A stretch of 64,000 bases of DNA. It comes from Raillietiella orientalis (lineage: Eukaryota). Within the stretch, counting starts at the first letter, position 1. The number at the start of each line of letters is the position of its first letter. The DNA is taken from contig JAYWIR010000032.1 in NCBI GenBank assembly GCA_036172245.1, positions 1-64,000 of the forward strand, read 5' to 3'. This document shows, piece by piece, positions 1 to 13,938 of the stretch. A program made the position numbers and the translations under genes. A model generated the notes under the pieces. It was not told the origin of the DNA and searched no databases. It was given only the letters and a program-made list of their open reading frames with translations.

Positions 1-330
1 GCCGCCGTAACCGCCGCGGGCGGCACCCTCGGCATCGCCTGCGCAGGCGCGACCTTCCCCGCCGCGGGCACGATTCTCGGCGTCGCCGCCGCGGGCACGA
101 CTTCCGCGGTCGTCGCCGCGGGCACGACCCTTGGCATCGCCGCCGCCGGCGCAGCAAAGCCCGCCGCGGGCGCGGTCCTCGGCATGCCTTCCGCCACCTC
201 GCCGTTGCCGCACGTTACCTCCATGGCTTCCATGGGGGACGATTGCCTCACCACTCCTCCAACTCCAGATGCCTGCATCCTGGCAGCTGTTCCGTCTGCT
301 CGGGACGACTGCAGGACTTCCACCGTGGAC
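1..330 (-). repeat. Imperfect GC-rich tandem repeats (core GCCGCGGGCACGA), reading on the minus strand as an Ala/Pro-rich VPAA-repeat peptide; possibly the ORF1 linker of another element extending left of the window
   Basis: GCCGCGGGC(A/G) recurs near 12, 61, 88, 115 and 163. The minus strand reads ...MPRVVPAATTAEVVPAAATPRIVPAAG..., similar in composition to the ORF1 linkers of X and Y. Confidence 0.4.
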
Positions 331-509
331 TTTTCGGCGCTGCTGCTGCTGCTGATGATGGTCCCCGGTTGCACTCTTGCCACACTGGCGTTCACTCAAA
401 CACTTGCCCTCTCAGGGCACTCAAAAATTGCCTTGGCAGTGGTTTTAAACACTGCCTTGGCTATGTATTGGGTATAAATTTAAACTAGCAATAATCACGC
501 CTCCCTTTC

Positions 510-3500
510 GTTCAGCGGCGGCGATACCGCCCGTGCGCAAGGCTCTCGCGATCGCTAGGGGAGTTGCTTACGCCTGCGTGGAGGCAGCACTCCAAGAGGC
601 AGCCAAGGCAAGGCCTCTTACATCCGTTACAGCAGCGCCATCTCAGGATGGAAAGAATAACTGCGACGCGAAGGAAGACGGCTGGATGCAGGTGAGAAAG
701 ATCATTAGAAAGAAACCATCAAGGTCTTCGCAGCTCTGTGTGAAGGTGAGTGAGCGAAAGAAACCCGCGAAACCTTTCCAGAAAAAGATTGCGATTCTTT
801 CCACCTGCGCAGTCGTCCTCTCGCGGTTGGAGCGGGAAGCTGCTGCTGCGGTTAAAAGGACGAAATTCCCAGCAGCAGTTGCAGAAAGCGCTAGGAAACA
901 GGCAGCGAACGATTTCCCTTATTCCGGGAAACAGCAGCAGCGCCTTGCAAGCCCTGGACTGTCGGATTCTGATCCAGAGTCCGACAGTAAGAGCACACAG
1001 CGCGACAACCGCCCGAAACCGCGCAATCTCCTCCCGATGACCCGCAAGCGCGTGGTTGCCGAGGAGGAACTGTTGCTGGGTAGCAAAGAGGAGGAAAAGG
1101 ACCTCACCTCTGAGCTACCGGCAAGAAGCAGTGCGGCTTCGAATAGAAATGTCTAGTCTCCGATATCGACCGCTCTGTCTCGTGAACACTTGCCGGACAA
1201 GGCGAGAAATCTGTGCTCACCTTCCCAGCCTTAATGCAGGTAGTCGCCTCTTTTCTTCGATTCAGCGTAGCCTGTTGGAACGTCAATGGGCTGCGCAGAG
1301 ACGGAAAGAGGCGTGACGTGTCAGACAGCCTGCGACATTTCGATTTGGCGATCCTTCAGGAGATGCATTACATCTCCGATGCGGAGGTTGCCGAAATCGA
1401 ACAGCGCGCTGGTGGCACTCTCTACTGGCGAGAAGGTTCTGCACAATCGTGCGGAGTCGGTTTTCTCGTCAATAGTAGGATGGCGGGAGCGGTGCGCAGC
1501 GTTCGATTCGACCAGGAAGGGCGAATGGGCCAACTTGTACTCAAGTGGTCAGATTCAATCGACCTCTTCGTAACGAACGTCTACGCGCCGAGCGGCTTTC
1601 ATCGGCGTGTCGAAAGAATCGAGTTCTTCGACGTGCTGGAGAGCCAATGGCTCAGAAACTTCAAAGCCAGAGTGGCGCATCTGGTCGCAGGGGACTTCAA
1701 CGTCCACCTGCTTTCCAACGAAACGCGGTCCCTGGCGGAACGGTCGCGGGTGGAAGAGGCATGCGCGTCGGTGCACGCGCGCAACCTGGAAGCCGGCGAG
1801 CCTGAAATGGAAAGGTGCGTGGATCAACTCTACCTCGATGAACACCCACTCTTGCGAGTGGGAAGGAGAGGCAGGGTGCCGTCCACGTTATCGGACCATG
1901 ATAGGCTAAAGTTCGAGCAACTCCCTTCGGGCAAGGGACCTCCAAACAATGTTTGGAGGATGCCGGCGGATTGGCTGAGTCACCCGGAAGCGGCTTAGCA
2001 TCTTCGCCAGTTCCTTCGCGGCTTTGCCATCCGGGAAGTCGCAGACTGGGACCATCTTAAAAGATCGGTTCGCGAGGTTTGCGACCGGTTCCCCCTGCAC
2101 CTGCTACCATGCGGCTTCGGGGAAGGCGTTGCCAATAGCAGAGCATTTCTGCAGGCGCGCACCTTTTCGAGAGGTGCGGAAGTCCGGCAACTCGCAGAGT
2201 AGAAGGCGAGGGCCCAGCGCCAGGTCTGGCAGTCTGGAGCGGCTATTCTGCTCGACGACCAAGGCCGGGAATGCACGGCTCCTGACGAAGTGCGGCGAGC
2301 ACAAAAGCGTCACATCTCCTTTCTCTACGCTAATTCCCCCACGGAAAGAGTCCTCTGCGAACTGCTTTTGGCGCTGGCTGCACATGGCATCGGCGAGGAG
2401 GAACGCAATCGTCTCGACGAGCCCTTCACTTTGGAGGAAGTTTCTTCCGCCATCGCAGGACTCAAGAGACGGAAGACGCCAGGTGAGGACGGACTGCCCG
2501 CGGAGTTCTATCAGAGCTTCGGCGGAACTCGCCCCACTGGTTTTTAGAATCTCGACGCTGATGAGGGTGACGGGCGATGTCTCTTCTTCCTTCCGCTCAG
2601 CAAGGGTGCGTCTCTTTCCGAAAGAAGGGGATCTGCGCCATCTCAACAACTGGCGTGCAATCACATTAGTGAATGCGGACGTCAAGTTGTTTTCGAAGCT
2701 GTGGGTCACGCGTTCAGGGAAAGTCGCGGAGTCCAGTGCCAGTGCCGACGGACGGGAGAAAGGCCGGGAGCCTTGGCACTAGCAGCAGATTTGCAGAAAG
2801 CATTCGACTGCGTAAACCAGGAACTCCTCTTGGAGCTCCTGAAGCGTCTTGGGCTTCCGAATCATCTTCTCCTGTACTTGCGCTCCTGCTGGCTCCACGC
2901 GATCATGAACTTGTATTTCAGTGGCTCCCGCGTGTACGGAGTGGCCGTGCGCAGAGGCATCAGACAGGGCGACAGCTTAAGCTCGTTGCTCTTCAGCATC
3001 TACTTTGAGTTGGTGCTAGAAGCGTACAGGCTGACGCTGGCCGTCCTGCTTAGCGCCTCTCCGTGCACTCCGTCCGCGGCAGTATACGGCGACGACCTTC
3101 TGCTTCTGTTGCCCATGTCTACTCCGCCTAACTCGGTCCAAGACTTGTTCGAGCTGATCCGTCGTGGAGCGGGCATGAGCGTTAACAGGACGAAGTGCTC
3201 CGTCGTGCCGATGGGTGCGTCGTGGGAATGGCAGGTCGACTGGATCCGCCTGGGGATCTTTACGGTCAGGTACTTCAAGTACCTTGGCGTACCGTTGGGC
3301 GAATTCTGCTAGTCTGAATCGTGGTCGGTCTGTCTTCAAAAGGCAGAGATGGCTCTAGGCCCGTTCTTGGAAGGGCGTGCATATGGAACACTTTCCTTGC
3401 CCCCCTCCTCCGCCCCTTATTTTTTGTTTGTTCGTCTCCCTATGTGATTAAACTCCGGGCGCAGCGTCTCCTACGTAAGGTCTTGTGGGGCGCTGCGCGA

Positions 3501-4899
3501 TACAGGGTTCGCCTCAAAGATTTGGTGGCGCCATGCCATGACGCACGCCTGGGCATCCTGACCATCCAGAAGATTGGACTGCAAGTGCAGTTCCGGCTTC
3601 TATCCCTATGTGGGAAATTGTGGTTTAGTCACTGGTGTGCTCCGGCTCGCCATATTCTCCAGCGATGTGTCGGCAGTGCAGGATTGCTTTCGTTGCTGCC
3701 GCGCAACCTTCCCCGGAGAACTGAATTTGGCATCCCACTGAGGCACTTGTCTTCGTTGCTGTTAGCCCATTGTAGGATTTCCTGCCGCCCCTCCAATTGG
3801 AATGCTTGGCAGCAGGAAGCTCTGGAGCACTGGACGTCCACTTTGGATGTGCGCCCAGAGCAACTGCGACCCTTAAAGGTCCTCTTACGCAAACCGCTAG
3901 GAGTGATCCTACAGGACTGGTCGCTTTGGTCCCGGATAGTCTTCTCACCCATCGCCGCAGCGCTGTGTGCTCTCAGGGCAAACAACGACAGTAGCCAACC
4001 GGCAAGGTGGAAGTTCTTCTGCAGCATTGCAGGAGTGAGAAGACTGTTGAGCGGCTGCAGAACGAGCGTGTTGGTAGACGCTGCCACTCCACGTTTCCTG
4101 GCAAAGGGACTTCTTCGTTGGAGTGAGGTTCTTGGATTACTCCCCTAAGATCTCGTGGTCCCTTCCTTGTGTGTGGACAGCTCCGTGTTTCCGCTTTGAT
4201 GGAAACAGGATGTTCTTCTTTTTCTGCACTGGGTATTCCAGTGCAATAAGCGCAGAAACTTGGTTACAGGGGGAGTCGTCTCCCCGAACTCCCTCAGGTG
4301 CGGGGCGATAGAATCGCTTACGCACCTGCTCTTTGAGTGAAGTGACTTGCGGGAGTTATGGCGGAGACTTGCTTCGGCACTTCGTCGTCCTCAGGACACT
4401 GCCACAGACCTGCTTCGACGCTTCTTCAGCAAAGACGGACTAGATAAAGGCGCTGTTATCGCAACAATCTCTTGCATCCGCGCCATCGTGATCGCCCGCC
4501 GTAGACTGGAAGGAAGCTCGCCGCGAACGGACGCCGCCAGAATCGCTGCGAACCTCATAAAAGCAGCTGTCAGGTGGCCTCATCTGCTCAGAAAAGTCTC
4601 CAGGGAAGTCGCCATTGTCAAACAGCGCTTCTAGAAAGATTAGGAACGTTTACTACCAAAGATCCCTGAACCCATCCTCCACTGTTTTTTTTTGTTTGTG
4701 CCCTTATGTTTTGTTTATTCTGCAGAACTTTCCCTCCGTTCCTTTCTTTTGGAAGGCATCCTGCGTGCCGGTGATCTTTCGGAACTAAACTTACTGTTTG
4801 GGCGTTTCTTGTGTCTCGAAAGGATGAATTTGCCTTGAAGATTGTGTTTCGTTTTTACAAATAAACGTCCCGGCGCAACCGTATTCAAAACGCAAAAAA
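510..4899 (+). mobile_element. Element A: decayed L1/Tx1-like non-LTR retrotransposon lacking the 5' half of ORF1; its 3' end abuts the RT region of element Q
   Basis: ORF1 C-terminal half (533-1234), APE motifs WNVNG/LQE/NVYAP/AGDFN/SDH (1213-1998), RT motifs DLQKAFD, QGDSLS, YGDD, YLG (2701-3312), C-terminal domain to 4634, and a 3' UTR ending AATAAACGTCCCGGCGCAACCG at 4860. Confidence 0.9.
1234..4634 (+). pseudogene. Element A ORF2 (APE endonuclease-RT), with stops, frameshifts and a short deletion near 2735
   Basis: ORF pieces 1213-1998, 2024-2782, 2701-3312, 3321-4148 and 4347-4634 are collinear with the intact 1191-aa ORF2 at 14204-17779. Confidence 0.9.
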
Positions 4900-7800
4900 G
4901 CATCAGCGATGAAAGTCTTAGCACCAGGCGGACGAGCTCCGCCGGGAAGCACTGAAAGAACTCCGCGGGCAAGCCATCCTCCCCAGGCGCCTTACGCCTC
5001 TTCAAACCCGCTATGGCGGAAGATACTTCTTCCTCCGTGGAGGGTTAATCCAATCTGGCGCGTTCCTCCTCGTCGATAGCAGGGTTACCCGTCGGAAGAA
5101 GCAGCTCGGAGAGACTGCGTTCTGTGGGCTCCTCCGCTTACAACGAGGAGTAGTAGCGGTTGACTACGCGGTGTACTTCGTCTGCAGCCGAGCATTCCTG
5201 GAGTGCGTCATCAAGCAGACAAGCCCCTCCAGACTGCTATACCTGGAGCTCGGCCCTGGTTTTGTACTCTGCCAGGCGCCGGACGTCCGGGCATCAAGAG
5301 AAGGTACGCGCCTGCAGATAGGATCTGCACTTCGCGACACCCTCCCCGAAGCCGCTAGGAAGCAGGTGCACGGGAATCGACAGCAGAACTCGCGGACCGA
5401 TCTTCTCAGATCGTCTCAGTCCTCAAGTTCACGGATGGCGAAGCCGCGGAGATGTTGGCTTAGATGCTGCGCCTCCTCCGAATTGCCAAGCCAGTCGGCC
5501 GGCAACCTCCTGACATTCATCAAACACCCATTGACAGGCGAAAGGAGCTCCAATTCCAGTCTCGGATGGTCCGAAATCGCGGAAGGCAGGCGCTCTCTCC
5601 ATGCTACTCGTGCGAGCAAGTGTTCATCGAGGAACGCATGGTCCGGCGATCTCTTCATCCCGGGCTCAGGAGCAAGCTAGTTTTGCAGGCGCACGAACGC
5701 GCATACCTCGCGTACCAGTTGCTTCTACCTAAAGCGGCATCTCTTCTCTGTTAGCAGGTGTAAGCTTAAGTCTCCTGCAAGGAGGTGCGTCACGTTAGGG
5801 CCGGAGTCAGCAAGCCAGCGGCTGCGCAGGCCACTCAAGAATGCAAGTCGCTGGACGTAATGACGCCGCCGCTCGGCGCGTAGATGTTCGTAACGACCAG
5901 GTCGATGGATTCGCACCACTTGAGCACAAGTTGGCCCACACGACCTTCCTCGTCGAAACAAAGGTTCCTCACCGGCTCCGCCACCCTGCTCCGTACGAGG
6001 AACGCGACTCCGCACGTGTGCGCGGAGCCTTTGCCGCCAGTGTAGCGTCCTGCCCGCGCGCTCTTCCAGATCCGATGCCTACCATTCGGAGATGCTACGT
6101 ATCTCCTGCAGCAGCACCAGATCGAACGCGCGCAAAGCGTTCGCTACCGTCAGCCTTTTGTCAGCATCACGTATTCCGTTGACATTCCAACAGGCCACGT
6201 TGACGCGACGAGCGGACGCGAGTCCATGCATCACTGCTGCGGACATGACGGCGTGCTCCTCGCTTCTTCCGGCGAGAAGTCAGCTGGTAGGAGAGCGGAT
6301 CGAGAAGCAAATTTGCTCCCGTTCGCCGCACATTGCGCCCAGCTGAGTCCTCGGAGCCGCAATCATCGCCTTGGTCTCCGTGCAGGATCCGGAACCACCT
6401 CCGGCAACAGGCTTGTGCTTTCGCACATTATCCCGGCGCGCTACCGGCTTAACCCGGTATGCGCGCTCCATTTGTTTGCACTTGGACTCCACCTCGGAGT
6501 CCGAGTGCCTAGCGCGAGACTGGCGTTTTTCCAGTCTCTTTTTGTTTTGGCAGGTGGAGGTTTGCCCTGCCCGCGCGGGGGTCGTAGCAGTCGCCAACGC
6601 AGCTTCCGTAGCTTTGGCTTACGCAGCCGCTCTCTTGCGCGAAGCGACAGAGACAGAGCACGCAGCCGTAGTGCGTACCTGTGTGCGCACTTTCTTCGGC
6701 GTTCTTCTCTTTTGCCTCTCACCTACTTTAAGGATGGGGAATATTGAAGGGTCAACCTTCTTCTTCCCCTTTGTGGGCGTCCTGGAGACTCGAGTCCAGC
6801 CCGCGTCGGGGACGCCACCCAGGGATGCCGACGCCTCCCTCAATTGTTTGGCAGGAGATGCCGGTTCACGTTTCGCGCTCGCGACGGGAGACGGCTCCGT
6901 CCCCGTTACGCACTCCATCTCCTACTCAGCCGATGCGGGCCAAACGGCGGTCATTGCCGTCGTCATGTGAGGTGCTATTGCAGCCTTCGCTGCTCGTGCC
7001 TTCGGCGTGGAAGACGTGATCTCCACCGCCGTAGGAGGAGACTTCAGTTCAGAGGCAGCTCCGAGGGTAACCGCGCACGCTTTCCCGCGTGCTCCGCAGG
7101 ACGCGCAAGCGGACGCGGACTGATCAGCAGCCTTGATAGAGTGCGTGTCCTCACTCTTGGGCTGCTCCGAAGGGGGTGATTTACAACCACGGCGACGTGG
7201 CATATTTCCCGTCTACGCGGCTGTCTGAGATGGTGGCTTTAATGAAGCAACGCGCCCTTTTTCGCGGGATCCCCACTCGAAGATGCCACGCCCTTCGCGC
7301 ACGATTTCTCCCGTAACACAACGGAGGATCTTTTCGGCGAGGACGGGGTCGATTGTTGGCGGCTTTTCGCCTGCCGCTTTCTCTTCAGCTGGGCGCACTC
7401 TTTGATGGAGTGGCCGAGCTGTTCACAATAGCGGCTGTTGCGTGAACGGCACGTCCACAGACGGTGGCCTTCTGCACCCCAAATGCCGCAAGCCGGTCCC
7501 TGACCGGCAAATTTAAGTTGGACGATCGCATCGCCCACCTGCAAGTGCGGAGGCATTTGCCTCCTATCCGCCATGATGACACGCGCCGTGGCAAATCCGC
7601 TGTGCAGAGATGCAATCCTTTTGATCGGATTGTCTGCTCTCCATACCGCGTGCACCGTAGCGAATTTACTAAATGCAGCGACGAGCAGGCGATCGGGCGT
7701 ATCCACCTGGACGGCGGACAATCGGACCACGAACGATTGCTCCATGACCGACGAAACGACCTCCTTCCCGCGGATATTTAGCAAGGTTCGGAGAAGGAGC

Positions 7801-8249
7801 TGGACTAGAGAAGCCTCTTTGCAGTGCAGCTCCCATTGTCCTAGCGGGTTAACCGGCATGACGGTCAGGAAGCCTTCCTGTCGGACCCCGACGCGCAAGA
7901 GCTCATCCCATAGATTTTCTCCGACACCGTCGGAGATCGCATCACTCACCGGATAGCAGAGCGCAGGCTTGTAGCCATAGGCTGCATATGCCTGCAGCTC
8001 CGCTTCGTCGAGAGGTGCTCCGTTGGCTGCCTCCTCTTTGACGACGGCGGCGAAGCTTCTCGTCGGTGGCGAGACACAAGAATCAGAGGCGTATTGAAAA
8101 TCTGGAGTAGAGTCTCCACTGCCAGTAGCAGCCGACACATCCATGTTTTGCTGCAGGGGCTCTGTGGACATCCCAGTGGACGCACTCGGGCGCAGCACAC
8201 ACAACAAGATGGAAAGGAATCACGCTCGAGGAGCAACACAGAACACGTC
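4900..8249 (-). mobile_element. Element Q: 5' part of a Tx1-like element (5' UTR, broken ORF1, APE and start of RT), cut off at about 4900 by element A
   Basis: 5' terminus GACGTGTTC at 8249; ORF1 7239-8207 with decayed knuckles (CGIWGAEGHRLWTC, CEQLGHSIKEC); TGATG at 6229-6233; KAPGEDGLPAEFF at 4715-5005. Confidence 0.9.
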
Positions 8250-8988
8250 CGTGCAGGCGTTGTCGTGAAGCGTATTCCCAACCGCTGCAAAAAAGAACTC
8301 GTTGCTACCGACAACAACTTCTCTGTTGACTCTGTCAACAGAGAGGGGAGCGACCCGGCGGCGGCGTCCGTCATCGACACCACCATCGATGACGTTGCCT
8401 TCGCGCGAGCCGCTGAAGAGCTGGCTGCCTCGTTGCAGTCAGAACCCTTCAAGGCTGGCAAGAAGGCCGTAAGGCGTCCGGCCTTCCCTGAGGAGTTCCC
8501 CACTTCCGACCCCGAGAAGAAGGCCAGAAGCGCAGCCTCCGTTTTTACGGCACCGTGCAAGAAGGCTGGACGTAAGTCCACAAAGCAAAGGAAGCTCGTG
8601 TTCCCCGTCGAAGGGGAAGTGATGGCTTCCGCAAGCGAGGGTGCCATGAGCGTGGGAAACTCTCGGGAACCGTCGACCGAGAGACTCCCACGGACGGACA
8701 CGGAAGGGATGGAGACGGAGGCCGAACAGTTGCCTCAGTTCCTGAGAAGGCCGAAACCCTCATAGACATCGCGCTTGCCTAGCAAGATGCTGGCTTCCCC
8801 ACAGCTCAAATCTTCCCAGCAGTAATGCCGGAAATCTCCTCCCGCCGTCGAATGCGCATCGCCGTTTGGAACGTGAACGGCATGACAGACGCCGTCAGCA
8901 GACGAGACATGGCTGCCCTACTGGAGTCCAACGACCTTGCGCTGCTGAAGGAGATTCACAAGATGTCTGCAGAACAAGCGCAAAAGAC
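8250..8988 (+). mobile_element. Element R: internal fragment (ORF1 C-terminus and first ~55 codons of APE), bounded by insertions Q and S
   Basis: ORF1 motif DDVAFARAAEELAASLQ; TAATG at 8823-8827; MPEISSRRRMRIAVWNVNG...LLKEIH. Homologous to T (30078-30846). Confidence 0.88.
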
Positions 8989-11900
8989 TTCTCACCCGGT
9001 AACGCAAAGGCGTTTACTCCATATAACATAAAGAAAAAACAATTATATAAAACAAACCAGTTGGGAACCAAGCTTTCAATAGCCGGCTGAACAAGAATGA
9101 AAAGAATATTGCTGGCACGCAGGCCAGAGTAACAGTTTTGCGAACGGTGTGGGGGGGCGGGGAACACAAAGAAACCAAAATAAAATAGAAACAATGAATA
9201 ACGAAGACCGGATAAGGGTCTTTGGGATCGCTCTGGGAGACACGGGGATAGAAGCATGGGCACCGGAAATTTTACCAGGCGAACGGGGACGGGATATTGG
9301 TGGGCGAGAGGTCGAAGGGTTTACCGGATTACGCCATTCTCAAAGGTCTGTAAACCGAAGATGTATGCCAGTGATGTCCTCTCCCACATTGTCACAAAGA
9401 TGAGACCACCTTGAAGCCTTTCTTATGAATTGAGCTGCAAGCAGGTGAGCCTCTTTTCGCTGCGCTGACAACTCCAGGGCGTAGCGGGCCTTCACGATAG
9501 CGCGAACGCAACGTATAGTTGCGACAATCCCGCCAAGCGAAAGTCCATTTCTGCTTAAGAAGCGCCGCAGCACATGAATGGCAGTGCCCCCTTGTGGCAT
9601 GATGCCCGAAGTGAGCCTTCGCAACAGTTCCCGGAGGTCACCGCAGTTTAGCAAAAGGTGCGGAAAAGACTCGATCTCCACGCACCTTAAACAGTTTGGC
9701 GAAGCAGCTCCCCCGGAAACGATGCTTCGCTGCCTATTACAGTGTAATGCACAATGATAAAAGAGCAGCACATCTTGTTTCCAATTTAGGGGTTAACACG
9801 GAGCTGTCCAAACAAACGAAGGGAACTACTATCTCATCGGGGAGCACACTTAAATGTTTGCTTCACCGACGGAGGCCCTTCGCCCGATTCCGAGGAGTGG
9901 CGGCTTGCACCAGCTCCTTTGTCGTCCAGCTGACGAGGAGCTTACTGACTGCTTCTATTTTGTAGGAGAACTCCCATTCCGCCAATAGGCAACCGTCGTT
10001 GCTTGTTGTGAGGGCAGATAGCGCTGCGGCGAGTGGTTTGTCGGGCAGACTATCCGACATCTTCCTGTCCTGCATGACTTCGTCCATTTGATGACTGAGG
10101 AGAAGTCGCAGGCGTCGAAGATCTTCCTGGCGCGTTCCTTCGGAAGCTGCCCATGATGAAAAAGATTCCTGCCGCCATGCATTAATGTTCATGGGGCGGT
10201 AGGAGATCAAACATTGGGCTTTCAGCAGTGAGGACAGCTGCCTCAGCGGGAAGCCAAACCCTATACTGGTGTGCCGAAAGTGGGGTAGCAACGAAAGCAG
10301 TATCTCGCTTCCCGTGCAGCGCCTCAGTATAGGGCGTGCGGGTAAGCACCACGGCGTACACCACAGCTAGGCACAGAGCCGCAGCATGCGAAACTGCACC
10401 TGCAGTTCGATGCTGTTTAAGTCGAGGATGCCCAAGCCTGAATCCTGACGAGGCGCCACCAAGTATTTAAGTCTAACACGGGATCTTGCAGAGCCCCACA
10501 ACGCTTTGCGTAGAAGGCGCTGCGCCCAGACTTTGACTTCCTGGCGAATGGATAAACAAAAAACAGAGGGCAGCGGCGGGGGGGAACGAAGGTGTTTCAG
10601 ATGCAGGCCCAATCCGGCAAGACCAACTCGCCTCATCAGAACGCGCCAAGTGAACGCTCTGCCTTCCAAAGGCAGTCCGACCACGCTTCTGAGATGCAGA
10701 ATTCGGCCAACGGCACCCCAAGGACATGAAGTACCTGCCCTTGGGGATCTTCAGACCGATCCAGTCGGACTGCCCCTCCCACGTTGCACTTACTGCAACA
10801 ACCATACACTTACTCCTCTGAACGCTCACGCAATCACCGCGACGTATCAACCTAAAGAAGTCTTCAAACGATGTCGCCGATGTGGACATGGGAAACAGGA
10901 GTAGCAGGTCGTCGGCATAGGCTTCCACAGCCGGCGTACCTGAAGAGAAGCTCGGCAGGTTGAATAGCGTCAGCCTGTAAGCCTTAAGCACAAATTCAAA
11001 TCAGATGCTCAAGAGCAGCGGGCTTAAGCTATCACCCTCCCTAATTTCTCGTCGTGCCGGCACTTCGTATAGGCGACAGCCACTGAAAACAATTAATGTA
11101 ATTGCGTGACGCCAGCAGGAGCGCAAGTACGCCAACAGGGATGCCGGAAAACCCAGACGTTCCAAAAGCTCAAGAAGAAGCTTTTGGTTCACGCAATCGA
11201 AAGCTTTGTTCAAATCGACGGCAACCGCCAAGGCTCCCAGAGTCTCCCTTTGCGTCCTGCGCCTCCGTCGGTGAGAGATTGAAGGCGTCGCTTCCGCACG
11301 ACGATCCACCGCCACACGATGCTGAAATTGCAGTTATGTGCGGATGAACAAGAGATTTGCGTCCATGGACCGCCCAGGAACAGCGTACGTCTGCTCCGGA
11401 CTTAGCAAGGATTCCGCGATCCTACCCATCCGCGCCACCCAAAGTTTCGAGAACAACTTGACGTCCGAATTCACTAATGTGATCGGACGCCAGTTATTCA
11501 GTTGGCGCAAATCTCCGCCTTTCGGCAGTAGACGCACCTTCGCTGAGCGAAACGAGGCGGGGACATCACCCGAGTCTCGCATCAGCGACGAGAGTTGGAG
11601 CACCAGGGGGATGAGCTCCGCCGCAAAACACTGGAAGAATTCCGCGGGGAGCCCATCTTCGCCTGGCGCTTTTCGTCTCTTGAGCCCCGAGATGGCCGAC
11701 GAAATTTCCTCTGCCGTGAAGGGCTTATCAAGACGTGCGCGTTCCTCCTCGTCTACAACAGGTGCATCAATCGGCAGAAGCAGCCGGGAGAGGCTGCGTT
11801 TCATCGGTGCCTCTGCATACAGAAAAGAGTAATAGCGCCTGATTATCCGTCGCTCGTCGGCTAGAGCCGAGCATTCGCGGTCCTGGTCGTCGAGCAGAAC

Positions 11901-12107
11901 TGTCGCCCCTGAATGCCAGACCTGGCGCTCAGCCTTGGCCTTGTACTCGGATAATCGACCAAAGTCCGCGCGCCTGGAAAAGGTGCCGGCCTGCAGAAAA
12001 TCTCTGCTGTTGGCTACAACCACTCCAAAGCAGCGCGGAAGCTGATGCAAGGGAAAGTGGCAGCAGAACTCGCGGACCGATCTTTTCAGATCGTCGCAGT
12101 CCTCGAG
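8989..12107 (-). mobile_element. Element S: E-subfamily copy retaining the 3' two-thirds of ORF2 (pseudogenised) and a complete 3' end
   Basis: ORFs 11334-12116, 11001-11315, 10473-10991 (YADD), 9863-10291 and 9340-9771 match the E1/E2 ORF2 closely; the 3' UTR matches 19810-20160; terminus CCGGGTGAGAA. Confidence 0.92.
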
Positions 12108-13938
12108 AGAAAGCAAACGGGTTTTTGTTTCGTTCTTGAGCGTTTGTGGTTTTATTTTTTTTTCTTTTTTTTTTGGTGTGCCAGTGAATTCGGTGGTGGC
12201 TAGGCAGCAATGCCTGGGACCATCACCAATGTTAAGAAGGGGGCAACGTCTATGTCTCCTCCTGAATCAATGGATGTGGGGGCAACCGCCCCCAGAGAAG
12301 CGACTCCCTCGCTAGGGAGAAGCTGGAGTTCCTTGGCTGCGGCGCCAACGCAAGCGGTTGCGCCTGAGTTGAAAGCCTACCTGGAGGAGGGGTACAATCC
12401 CCCTCTACTCTACAAGGTAGGTAACCTTTACTTATTAAAGAGTGCACGCGCTTTCTCGAAAGTGATGCACTCCCTCAAAGTACCACAGAAGGAGCTCTAG
12501 GCGATGACCATCAGTAGTGGTGAAAAGTACGTTGAGGTGATTTGCAAAGAAGCAAGTCTTGCCCAGCGTCTTTCTCCGTACACCTGTTCCTTTAGGGAAT
12601 CGCCGGCTGCTGCTCATCACGGAGGATAGATCTATCGTTATCCACTTCCTTGGAATCACCTTCCCGATGGCCGAAGAGGCTGTCCGAAAGAAACTAGTTA
12701 AATTTGGAACTGTCCACGCGTTGTGGAAAAGGACGACTCCGTTTTGGGAGTACGATCTCCTAAATTGCGGTATGGCTTCCGCGCTTCACGGTCCGCGAAA
12801 GTTGCTCCCTACCTAACAAGCTGGAGGTCAACGGCGAACCCGTTGACATCTGGCGGGCATTGCAGCACTTCAGTTCACCTGAAAAAAAGGTGCCCTCACT
12901 TGCAGTGCAAGCAATGCAAGCCACCCGGGCACTCTCTTTCAGTGTGCCCGCAAAATGAAGTCCGCGTCGCGTCCGCACGGAATGCGAAGAAGCGCGCGGC
13001 GAGAAAAAGACGAGTTCAGGTAGCCCCAGAGAGAGCCGCCGCTCGAAAAACAACTATCGTGCCCCAGGTGAAGCTCAGCTCCGAGATCATGGAAAACTCG
13101 GACAAGGTCGAGGAGAACGGCCAGGAACCTGGATGGCAGGTAGTAAATTCCAAGAGGCAGGAAAGCCTCAAGGAAGGGAAAAAAAATGTCGCGAAACGCA
13201 GCCAGAATTTGCCGCGTCGCGAAAATATCAAACGCTGCTCTGTCGTCATCAAGCGCATCCCTGCGGTCGAACAGAGCGGCAAAAGTGCACTTTTCGGTGT
13301 CCACTTTCAGCCCTCCGGCAAATTAATCCCGGAGGCTATCGACCCGGCGGTAACGTCCGTCGTCGAACTCATGCTCGACGACGTCGCCTTTGAGCGAGCG
13401 CCGGAGGAGCTCGCTGCGTCCTTGCAGCGTCCCCTGAAATCCGCGAAAAAGCCTCAAAGCGTCCGACGTCGATCAAGAAGTCGGAGATTACGAACTCTGA
13501 CGCAGAGGCGGAAAACACAGCCTCCGGCATCGCGGCCTCCCGCCCGAAGGCCAATCGCACGAAGAAGGCTACCCGCAAAATTATCCCGTCCGTGGAAAAG
13601 GGAGAGATAATTGAGGGAAACGAGCGTGCCAATAAAGTGGGGAACTACGGGGACTCTCTTCGAAAGGTAACCTCAAGCTGCGACTTCGGACGGATGGAAA
13701 GGGTAGAGTCTGTGCCCCAGGTGCTTCAATTGCCTGAGATGGCCGCGGTCCGCTTACTCGTCCCTCCCACCTGTCCGTTGACAGGTGCTGGAACGCCACG
13801 TTCCCAGCCTTGATGCGGGAATCGCCTCTTGCCGCCGTCTGCTAATTGCCTTTTGGAACGTCAAGGGGCTATGCGACGACGGCAAGAGACGAGACGTGGC
13901 CTCCACCCTGACATCCTTCGACCTGGTACTGCTGCAAG
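12108..13938 (+). mobile_element. Element H, 5' segment: 5' UTR, broken ORF1 (12210-13813) and ORF2 start up to FDLVLLQ; interrupted by the E1-E2 dimer
   Basis: MDVGA...YNPPLLYKVG...GTVHALW, knuckle CKQCKPPGHSLSVC, TGATG at 13811-13815, then MRGIASCRRLLIAFWNVKG...FDLVLLQ. Confidence 0.88.
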
